64,000 nucleotides of DNA from Ophelia neglecta. Lineage: Eukaryota. The stretch spans positions 82,150,001 through 82,214,000 of the forward strand of contig OZ260662.1 of assembly GCA_965285935.1 (NCBI GenBank). The letters are read 5' to 3'. The translations under genes were made by a program, and so were the position numbers. Positions 1 to 9,834 of this stretch are shown one piece after another (positions within the stretch are counted from its first letter, which is position 1; every line of letters begins with the position of its first letter). Under the pieces are notes generated by a model, which saw only the letters and a list, made by a program, of their open reading frames with translations, did no database searches and was not told the origin of the DNA.

Positions 1-157
1 ATGACGTCATTTGCACAACCATGATGGCCGAAATCTTGTCTCACACATCGACCCATCGCCATTTGCCCATACTGGGCTGACGTGATGAATACGACCTCGT
101 CTTCGGCACATTCAGGCCTGAAGGTCTCCGAGTTACAAAACTCTGTTTCTTCAAACA
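1..157 (-). CDS. Gene C, SUEL-type lectin exon (duplicated copy 2, truncated by window edge)
   Basis: Same acceptor and sequence as 1239-1395 except one substitution at position 22 (CTT Leu -> CAT His). Confidence 0.7.
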
Positions 158-1104
158 CTGGAAATAAATAAATGGTTAATTTTGCATATTAAGAAGCTTA
201 TTGTTGTTTTCGGCGTTAAATGGATTTAAATTAGAGAGAAAATTAAACCATCTTAGTGCAATTATGTCACATTGCCAGCCGTAATGAGCTAACAAGTATA
301 GCCCTATGTCAAAGATAGTATCCAAATTTAAAAAATGTGTAATAAACCATGAATACTTGTTCAAAGACTCAATGTGTCATGAAAGCCCCGCTTAGATTCT
401 ACACTATGCCGCCCTAGCATTTATTACGGATGTAAGAATGAATTAATAGTCTGAATGGTCAACCCTCTCCTAAACGTGTCCAGGCCAATATTTATCATAT
501 TGCCTTCCTTTTTTTCACTTTACACATTATGCTTGGTCCTTTTATTGTTCTTTATTATTACATTGCTTTAGGAAGTTAGAAGGGGGCTACCCACTTTATT
601 GAGTTATTCTGGCACATTCCATCGCAGTCATACCTTTAACTGTCATTATTCTCGACTGGTGGGGTAATTAGCAATAAGAATAACATTTTAATAGTATGGA
701 ATTCGGCTTTTTAATTTAGACAACTAAGGCATTATCTTGATAAATATCATGTCCAATATATGATTGCGCATTTTCTAACATGCACATTTGAAGTTCTTGA
801 TATAGGTTCCGAACCAATGACGAGTATTTTATTTACTGGAGAAATATGACATTCTCATTGTTTGCGCTTAGCTGATAAGTATGCTGTGGCTGAGATCGAA
901 ATACAAAGGGTTTTATCAATTATATCAATTATATCAGACAAACGTAATAAAACAAATATTGGCTTGCGTTCCAGAAGCAATATGGACTCGGTACATTGAA
1001 ATTTTTTATAAGTACTGTAACAATCGGCATAACTTTTTTTGTAGTTTTTGCTTTTTTTAACAACATATGCACTCACATATCTACAAATAATGTATACAGT
1101 ATAC

Positions 1105-1395
1105 CTTTTACACATTTGTAGGCGACCCTCAGGTAAGACCTACGGGGTTCAGGACACGGTCTAGCCCATGGAAACGTAGTTTCGTTGACGAATACTTCAC
1201 ACGTTTGACGTCCACCACATAGATTATCCATTTGCGGCATGACGTCATTTGCACAACCAAGATGGCCGAAATCTTGTCTCACACATCGACCCATCGCCAT
1301 TTGCCCATACTGGGCTGACGTGATGAATACGACCTCGTCTTCGGCACATTCAGGCCTGAAGGTCTCCGAGTTACAAAACTCTGTTTCTTCAAACA
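1105..1395 (-). CDS. Gene C, SUEL-type lectin exon (copy 1)
   Basis: ttccag acceptor and G|GTATAC donor; 291 nt, phase 1-1. 67/97 aa identical to the gene B lectin exon; 8 Cys. Confidence 0.9.
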
Positions 1396-2258
1396 CTGGA
1401 AATAAATAAATGGTTAATTTTGCATATTAAGAAGCTTATTGTTGTTTTCGGCGTTAAATGGATTTAAATTAGAGAGAAAATTAAACCATCTTAGTGCAAT
1501 TATGTCACATTGCCAGCCGTAATGAGCTAACAAGTATAGCCCTATGTCAAAGATAGTATCCAAATTTAAAAAATGTGTAATAAACCATGAATACTTGTTC
1601 AAAGACTCAATGTGTCATGAAAGCCCCGCTTAGATTCTACACTATGCCGCCCTAGCATTTATTACGGATGTAAGAATGAATTAATAGTCTGAATGGTCAA
1701 CCCTCTCCTAAACGTGTCCAGGCCAATATTTATCATATTGCCTTCCTTTTTTTCACTTTACACATTATGCTTGGTCCTTTTATTGTTCTTTATTATTACA
1801 TTGCTTTAGGAAGTTAGAAGGGGGCTACCCACTTTATTGAGTTATTCTGGCACATTCCATCGCAGTCATACCTTTAACTGTCATTATTCTCGACTGGTGG
1901 GGTAATTAGCAATAAGAATAACATTTTAATAGTATGGAATTCGGCTTTTTAATTTAGACAACTAAGGCATTATCTTGATAAATATCATGTCCAATATATG
2001 ATTGCGCATTTTCTAACATGCACATTTGAAGTTCTTGATATAGGTTCCGAACCAATGACGAGTATTTTATTTACTGGAGAAATATGACATTCTCATTGTT
2101 TGCGCTTAGCTGATAAGTATGCTGTGGCTGAGATCGAAATACAAAGGGTTTTATCAATTATATCAATTATATCAGACAAACGTAATAAAACAAATATTGG
2201 CTTGCGTTCCAGAAGCAATATGAGCCATATTGGCCTTAAGCATTTTTTTGGTGAGTGG

Positions 2259-2292
2259 GTGTGTGTGTGTGTGTGTGTGGGGGGGGGGGGGG
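2259..2292. repeat. (GT)10 followed by poly-G
   Basis: Direct reading; a similar (GT)n-polyG tract lies at 11151-11178. Confidence 0.9.
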
Positions 2293-2671
2293 TCCTAACG
2301 CCCTTAGAAAAATATCACTTGCTTCAGGCCAAATTAATAACTCCGAATTGCGCCATCAGCAAGCCAATAATTGTGCATTTACGAAACCATCTTACTGGTA
2401 AATTTCACCCAATAAAATAAGTCGCTTTTTCGATTGCCAAATTGTTCAAAATAAAACAAATTTTAGGTTTAAGGCATTATTGCCTTCTGTCTATGCACCG
2501 TATAGTATTCATAGAAATGAAGGGAACCAAAAGCCTCCGATGAAATTTTTGAGCAAGAGCCCTCGGGATTAGAGAAAATTCCGAGGTAAGTTCGCAAGTC
2601 AAATCTACCAGCTCCCGACATGGTGAGCTTGTCCAACTGGTCTGGCAATGTAAACGATACAAACGTCTTAC

Positions 2672-2774
2672 CTGAGGCCTCGCCGTCACAGTCTTGACTG
2701 AGGGTGGGAGCTATCAGTCCACAAAGACACAGCGTATGGATTGTCAGCAGAATTGTTACTGCTTTCCGTTCCAT
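2672..2774 (-). CDS. Gene C, exon 1 (signal peptide)
   Basis: MERKAVTILLTIHTLCLCGLIAPTLSQDCDGEAS with G|GTAAGA donor; 103 nt, phase 1. Confidence 0.85.
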
Positions 2775-2840
2775 TTTTAGTGTCTCTCCTTATATGTGAA
2801 TAATTTCTTTATAAACCTGATTTGAATACACCAACTCGAT

Positions 2841-2979
2841 GTAAGCAATCGTATATTATTGCCCTTACTACGAGAACAGCAGCCACGGACCCGAGACAGT
2901 TCACACGAATCGTTCCGGCCTCTTACATAAATGTTACCCTCTCCAACTTATTGGTGTGAAATTTATGCACAGTTGTTGA
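2841..2979 (-). promoter_or_regulatory. Upstream block of gene C homologous to 25138-25290
   Basis: Same ordered conserved words as the gene B upstream block. Confidence 0.55.
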
Positions 2980-3364
2980 GGTCTAATACGAGAATGATCA
3001 CTGGCAATTGCCGCCTTTTTGAGCCAAAATTGCCATTGATCGTCTGGACGGCCGGTAATAACATGTCTGCTGCCTAGCTTTGTAGCTATGTAATTTTGGA
3101 ATAATTTGCACTTTTTAGGTATTTAGGCCTACATAGATTTTGTTGATAAAAGTGTTGTCCCAAAAACCGAAACATTACTCATGTGTAATATATGATTCAA
3201 TTTGTGTCAAATATTAAAAATGTAATTGTGCGCCATTATTCCCGCATGTGCGGTTTTTTACTGTTACATATGGCAAGTAAACAAGTGGGCTGCTTTAAAT
3301 GGAACACGAAATGGCCCCAGGGTTTCATGTGTTTCAAAGCGATGTATTTCCGTACTAACGTTAG

Positions 3365-3590
3365 ATGTGATTGTTGAGCAGCGACCGCGATTGGTTGAAA
3401 GAAAAATCAATAAGACTACTGTTAATGCGTTGACCAGATGGCGCCTGAATCATCCAAGGGTGCTCTTCTCTATGGAGCCACATCCGGTCTTTTCTGTAAT
3501 ACGGCTAGACAAATGTCTCTCCACCCCGGTTACAAGCACGCGTCCTCTGTAGTCACAACGAGATTGAGGAATCATCACCGCAATGGTACA
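3365..3590 (-). pseudogene. Truncated, frameshifted CUB-like exon relic of a fourth paralog
   Basis: Aligns to the 5' half of 8920-9327 (IAVMIPQSRC...LSSRITEKTGCGS / HPWMIQAPSGQRINSSLIDFSFNQSRSLL). 5-bp insertion near 3463-3467; homology is lost after about 3365. Confidence 0.85.
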
Positions 3591-3739
3591 CTATATGTAT
3601 ACAACTGATGCAAGAACATGGAGGACCCGACTGAGTTTTTCATGTTTAAAGTTTTAAAATTGTATCAACCATTGTACACGATGCTTGGTGGGAGGTGGGG
3701 TTGGAGGTTTAAACAGAGCATTAGACCTATTAAACTTGT

Positions 3740-3790
3740 CCCTAACCCTTGCCCTAAACCCTGACATTGACCCTCAGCCCTAACCCCAGC
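3740..3790. repeat. Degenerate CCCTAA-like hexamer repeats
   Basis: ccctaacccttgccctaaaccctgacattgaccctcagccctaaccccag; probably internal to a dispersed repeat. Confidence 0.6.
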
Positions 3791-4447
3791 CTTGGTGGCG
3801 ATTTTTTGCTTCATGTCACTCAGAAATTCCCATGACCGTCGCGCCCGCATGGCTTCCACAGGTCCACGTATAATCAATAGCCCTTTTTATCGGGCTTAAT
3901 CAAGTCGCGATAAATATGTGGCACCTATGTGCTCGAGATTTTGTTTTATCGAAAACAGAAACATTGCATGTCGTCGACGTTATTTCCAACAACAGTTGCG
4001 AATATCGAGTCTGTCATGACCTAGATCCCGCCATGTCATAACCGGAAGTGCAGATGTCTCCCAGATCGAAGAAATCAGAAATAAACCCAGGGGGTAAGCT
4101 CCACATTGGGCGGAGAAAGTCTGAAAACCCGAACCATGTATGTAAATCCCGGCTATGGATTAAATCCAGTTATAAAAGGGTTTGCCGAAAAAGAACCCCA
4201 TGTAATCCTCATCTCCGGCTTTGAAATATCCATGTACACGTCAAAGCGGCATGCTCCCGTATGCCAATGGGGCCTCCCCATCTCGCGCGCGGAAATGAAT
4301 CTAGTCCCAAAACTACTGTAACCTGTGCTCTCACCTTCACGGGGAGAGTTTGGAGTTTGGGTACTACTTTATGGTATTCAGATAGAAAATGGCTGACAGT
4401 AGAAACTCGGAAGACTTAACAATTGTGGCATGTACAAGAATCTTCCA

Positions 4448-4448
<1 letters not shown>

Positions 4449-4482
<34 letters not shown>
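4449..4482. repeat. (TA)17 microsatellite
   Basis: Direct reading. Confidence 0.95.
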
Positions 4483-4486
<4 letters not shown>

Positions 4487-6829
4487 CCAGAATGAACATA
4501 TAAGAGGATAACAGGAGAAAATGAGACGAAAACAGTGACTTTCCAATGCTTAAATAGAACTAGGCCTACTGGTTTATTAGAGATCCAGTGCCAAGTAAAT
4601 TTGTATTTTGTGCCGTATGACGCGAGTCAAAATTCCATCAAAGTGGGTAGATTTTTTTTCAAAGATGATGGATAAAGTACGAGAACATACTGCCTGAAGT
4701 ATATGTTGTTAAATGAAAATAAATCATTCATGATTATTATTGGAACTGAAAACATCAGTTATTGCGATATTTAGACTATACCTAAAACGAAAAATATGAT
4801 TTGCAAAAGATATATTTTATACTCTGTACTAGGTTGTTGATAAGTCACGTTATGTACGGACTTATGTAAGATTGTAATCCGTTAGTCTGATTTTACGTCT
4901 TGGGTCCAATCTAACAGGTATCACATACAGGACTGGTCTGTATGCTCCCGAAATATATCTTCAACCCGAGACGAAATTCCGTGACGGCCAAGTAAATTAC
5001 AAATTTGGTATTATTAATTTCAGATATATTTGATTAACTATAGAATGGGGAGTGTTTTGAACGAAAGTTTGGACTATGTATGTCCATTATTAATCTAATT
5101 CCCAATAAAATTCATATTTCCCACTTGCTCTGAATTGATGTTTTGTCTTCAAATATCAAATTAAGAGTGTGAACTTTTCTGACCTTGCTTGTGACTTTTA
5201 TTTATTGTTGTAGTTTTACGATGAATTTTTTCAGTTTATTTCCTACTCGTGTACTTTCAGATAGCTGCATTTGAAAACTGTCAAATACAAGTTAACTTCG
5301 AATTGAATCGGTGCATTGTTTAATTCCTCAAGGTCCGCTCAAAGCCAGTGTATGAATACATTTATTTTAGCAAAGCACACATATATATACATGTATATAC
5401 AATGAAAAAGTAACGTTCGCGTTTTTTATGCAAAATAAGTAGGCTGACATCTTTCGACAGGATTAAGGAAATCTGTTGATTTCCTCCTATCTGGCAACTG
5501 CTAAAGTGTGGCAAAATAACATTACCATCAAAACCACAAGGTGTTAAGTAAATATTATAGCCTTCCATATACACAGAGTAGTAAAACATTTGCAAATTTA
5601 CAAGTTGACGTGATGTATATTTAAAATACTTTTAATGCTCCTGAGCCTTGCATGAATAACCAGCTATGGCACTTTTTTCCATACCAAATCACATCTATTC
5701 GGTAACTCCTTTGTCCAATACAAATGTTCAATGCGCAGGGTATCGGCAGGTAGCGTATCCTTTATAGCGATCCTCAAAATATGTTTTCTCTTGTAAGAAT
5801 AGGTTTGCATTGGAATCTTGTGCATGTAAAGCGATTTCTTAATGTTACATATATATTATATCCAGTTTTCGGACGTGGAGTCGCTGGATGATGGAATACA
5901 TTATTTTGACACATGTAAACTTGGGAACGGTATCTCAACTTGACCACAACGGTCTCTTTCGAGTTTAGTTACTTTCTCTGTATATTGAATTAGAAATAGA
6001 GCAAAGCACAGATTTTATACTTGTTAAACAATATAACAAGATATAATATGGCTAGCGAAAGCACAGACTTGTATTAATGAATAATTAAATTCATAGCGGG
6101 GTTAAATCTGGCGATGTTATTATGCTAAATACTGAGGCTCGCTATTAGGGTTAAGATATCTTCCGTTACCGTGCTCAGAGCTGCGAGAACGTTCTCAGTA
6201 CATATAAAATATAAAGTTCAGCTACCAAAAATATGTTTACATTTATTTTCTTTTGGAAATTTAAAGGAACACCATTAATAGTTATCCGTGCAAGGTATTC
6301 TGTTGATGGAATAAAATGTCCCACAGGCATAGGCCTACATGTGAAGTCAATCCAGTCTAAATCTTCATTTTTTCATAGATAAATTTATGATTTAGAAAAC
6401 AAAGATCTTTTTATCCCAACAAGTATCTTCAGTAAATAGGCCTATATGTGCCTATGCGTACAGCATACTGTAATAATCATGACTGTCTTGTCGAGTTAAA
6501 GTTGCCACAGTTACATAGTTGTCAGATATTGTGCTGTTACAATCGTGTTATTTATTGCATGCCTCAACGCGGGTTGGATATGCCTTTACACTTTTCTTTT
6601 ATTGTACTCCTGTCCAACAGTCTTCATTCGAACCCTCCAACACACTATAACGATGAACACAAAATCCCACGTCTCGACAATGCTGTATCTATGCGAATAG
6701 CGTCTGAGTCGATCGTTCAGTCGAACAGCGTTTGGTTCGTTTTAGTCGAACAGCGTTTAAGTCGTTTCATCCTGTTATACATAACTTTGCGGGGTACACC
6801 GCTTTGGTCCTAGTGCCCATGGCTGGACA

Positions 6830-7346
6830 TTAAACGGATAGATTTCCGTTATAAGAAGGTACCCTAGGTTTGCTAGTCACATTTGCAACCTGCCCACGAC
6901 TTGACGGGTCGTTTCTTTGGCCGGTTGCGCATGTGCAATAGTTGTCATGACTGCATGTGGATTGGTTAGATGTCTGTGAACGCACTGGCAGTACTTGGGG
7001 GTCAATGTCGAAATACTGAGGAGAGCCTTGATCGGCGAGATCTCGTCTTATAGTTTCCGGACTCTCGTAGATGTGTTCGGATGGTGTGTACATTCCCCGC
7101 CTATATGATGTAGTTATACTGGCGAATTCCTGTCCGTTCTCTATGGGGTTTTCTCTGTCATAAAGCGCGCCAGGACGAAGTAGCCTCATGCTAGCATACT
7201 CATTCTCTCGCATGCTGGCATTGGCGTCTGGGGGGTAGCCACCTGGTGGCAGAGTTTGAGATGTGTCGTATTTTTGATGGGGATAAGTCTCGGCATTCGA
7301 CGGTAGGTCTCCGTTAGCTGATTGTCTTTGTCCTCTTTTCATTCTC
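6830..7346 (-). CDS. Gene B, terminal exon, Tyr-rich cytoplasmic tail
   Basis: ctttcag acceptor in phase 2 gives TRMKRG and reads open to TAA. Motifs NEYASM, EHIYESP and PQYFDID; ends ...NLSV. Total spliced CDS is 1605 nt (534 aa + stop). Confidence 0.88.
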
Positions 7347-7667
7347 CTGAAAGAGTAAGTATGCCGTGTCTAAAAGTGCAGGTACAAAATCAACGGCTGT
7401 GCACGTATAAGGCGTTATTTATACAGAAAACACCACTTAGGGTGACCTGGGTCCCTAACACAAAGATAATAAGACACAAAACGAAGAACCTTTCAAGGGA
7501 CATTCCCTCAGTCAGAGGGCTTTGACAGAGGTTTTCTTATCCTCATCAATAAGTGAAGTTTGGAACAAGTCAATCTTAATATGTGAACGTTGAGGATAAT
7601 TTTCAACCAAGTAGTAGGCTAATGTGCAGCTTCGTTTAATTTGGTGATCGGGTTCATTGGTACTTAC

Positions 7668-7749
7668 GTCTTGATGCATACTACTCCAATCACAAGTATT
7701 AAACAACTCACAGTGACTGCTATGGCTATGATCAGCACTATCGATATAC
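7668..7749 (-). CDS. Gene B, transmembrane exon
   Basis: ttgcag acceptor and AC|GTAAGT donor; 82 nt, phase 1-2. GISIVLIIAIAVTVSCLILVIGVVCIK. Confidence 0.88.
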
Positions 7750-8118
7750 CTGCAAGGTCAACCGTTTGTTAGCTAAGGTTGTCATGATCGATAGTCAGTA
7801 AATACTACTTCAGTGTTATTAAATTATGAGACACGAACTCCGGTGGATTTCGTAGGGTAAATAGGGTTCATTTTTAACATTATCAAGGGGCTCAGATTAA
7901 AAACAAACGTATAAGGTGTCTATAGCATTAGGCTACCGATTTAGAATTGAATGCAGACAGGATAAACATTTTACAATCAACATATAAAACAATTACATAC
8001 TGATAGAAGGACGAAGTTTGTGAAAATTCCTTTTCGTTTGAAACGATATTAGTTTGTCCACACTAAAATGTGGTAAAAAGTTCTTTTGCTCTGTAGAGAG
8101 GGAGACACTTTTACTGAC

Positions 8119-8172
8119 CATAAGGTAGCGACTTGACGCTTTGAACCACGTTGGCAAGGAAGGCTGACTGAG
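8119..8172 (-). CDS. Gene B, stalk exon
   Basis: Long pyrimidine tract plus ttttag acceptor, G|GTCAGT donor; 54 nt. AQSAFLANVVQSVKSLPY(G). Confidence 0.75.
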
Positions 8173-8368
8173 CTAAAAGATCAGAGAAAAAAACAGAACC
8201 GAGTTATCAGTACCTATGTAAGTGTTATTTGTTACAGACAAAATTTTCATGTGTACATTTCCCATTTCCACTCTTTATTCTTATTGTAAAGTAGATTTTA
8301 TATTTGTGTTTATAATGTGTGCTTGTATAGGTAAACATGAATGCAGTCGACATTGTACAATCTACTAC

Positions 8369-8518
8369 CTGTCGAGCAGATTCCAGCGGTGCCAGCCCAC
8401 TTCTGACCGTGACAGGTTAGTTCCCAGCGCGACTCGTCCTCACAACCTAACAAGGCAGTCTTCCCATCCCTCTTCAACCAAGCCCCATCCGGTATCTCGG
8501 GATCAGGACAACCAATAA
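8369..8518 (-). CDS. Gene B, 4-Cys Sushi/CCP-like exon
   Basis: ttccag acceptor and G|GTAGTA donor; 150 nt. VIGCPDPEIPDGAWLKRDGKTALLGCEDESRWELTCHGQKWAGTAGICST, with CP.P..C..C..W..C as in CCP modules. Confidence 0.85.
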
Positions 8519-8919
8519 CTGGAAGTCAATGCAACATAGAATCGAACATAAATAATGATGCCTATATATTCGCTCTTGTTAAACTCAATACCAATTCTCG
8601 TAGTATACAGCGATGACCATGCTATATGAAGGCGTTGATTTTGCTATGACAAAGAAGAAAAGCAATACATACAATTATATATAGGGCCTATAGTATTGTA
8701 CATCGCTTCTTCATTGCATCACAATTGAAATGTTGCTCTTACATGGGTCCATTTTTGTCTCATATTTACAGGTATAACGTTAGGTATAAATTTTGCAAGC
8801 AGATTTATATAAATGGTTCTAAATCGCAGAACTCTAGCTTGGCAGGCCCATACCTAACAGTTAACTCAAACTCAAGCTGACGTTAGATAGATCAACATAG
8901 TATTCCAGTTATCCTATAC

Positions 8920-9327
8920 CTTTATAATGAAGAAGGAACTGTGGCTTTACTGGCGAAGCCGAGTTGGCCAAAACCCGTACCTCCACCACGTTTTTCGTAG
9001 ACACATAGACATTGACTTCTCGTCCTTGAGATCCGCATACCGTAGTACTGCGCATGGCGGAAGTCTCACGTATTGTAGCGTACACCTTACAGACACGGGG
9101 TATACTCTGGCCATCTAGCAGCGACTGAGAGTGGTTGAAGGAAAAATCCATCAGAGTAATGTTGACGTGCTGGCCAGAAGGCGCCTGAATTATCCAAGGG
9201 TGCTCTGTGGAGCCACATCCGGTGTTTTCTGTAATACGGCTAGACAGATATCCCTCCGCCTCGGTCAGTGGCACGCCCTCAGTGTACTGGCAACGTGATC
9301 GAGGAATCGTTACTGCAATCAACAATT
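8920..9327 (-). CDS. Gene B, CUB-like domain exon
   Basis: ctatag acceptor (an in-frame alternative AG would start the exon at 9312) and G|GTATAG donor; 408 nt, phase 1-1. EGYLSS..GCGS..PWIIQAPSGQHVNITLMDF..C.VYATI..VCG..STKNVVEV..FLLHYK. Confidence 0.88.
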
Positions 9328-9543
9328 CTATAGGGTTTAGTTCAAGTTATTTCATAAATGATATAATAATTATTACTAATTAGTTGGTGAGAGATGGGTT
9401 GGAGGTGAGGGTCGGTACCGAGAACTGTGCATAGGTACTGTAACAATTATGGGCCTCACATATGCTGTTGTGTTTTGTAGGTTTAACTTTTTTAAATAAA
9501 GGGACACTCATGCCAACAGATTAAATGTCAATGTATACCGTAC

Positions 9544-9834
9544 CTTTCAAACACTTGTAGGCTACTCTCAGGTGAGACTTGAGGTCTTTATGACACGGTC
9601 TGATCCCTGGAAACGTGGTGTCGCTGATCAATACCTCACATGTCTGACGTCCACCACACAGAGTATCCACATCCGGAATGACGTCATTTACACAACCGAG
9701 ATAGCCGAAGTTTTGGGCCACGCACCGACCGATTTCGAATCGCCCATACTGAGCTGACATGATGACTATAGCCTCGTCTTCGGCACATTCAGGCTTGAAG
9801 GTCTCTGAGTTACAAAACTCTGTCTCTTCAAACA
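9544..9834 (-). CDS. Gene B, SUEL-type lectin domain exon
   Basis: ttcacag acceptor and G|GTACGG donor; 291 nt, phase 1-1. VFEETEFCNSETFKPEC...AQYGR..GRC..GC..LCGGRQTC..RPC..SHLRVAYKCLK (8 Cys). Confidence 0.92.

Larger units (their letters stand above)
1..2222. repeat. Tandem segmental duplication, unit 1238 bp (1-984 = 1239-2222; unit 985-2222)
   Basis: Identity at offset 1238, ending at ...CCAGAAGCAATATG (984/2222). Only one mismatch noticed by eye. Confidence 0.95.

Noticed and set aside
176-1602. Identical 62-aa ORFs at 176-364 and 1414-1602
   Set aside because: Intronic sequence repeated by the 1238-bp duplication; no coding features.
3740-3790. Telomere or interstitial telomeric array
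   Set aside because: Only a few degenerate CCCTAA units.
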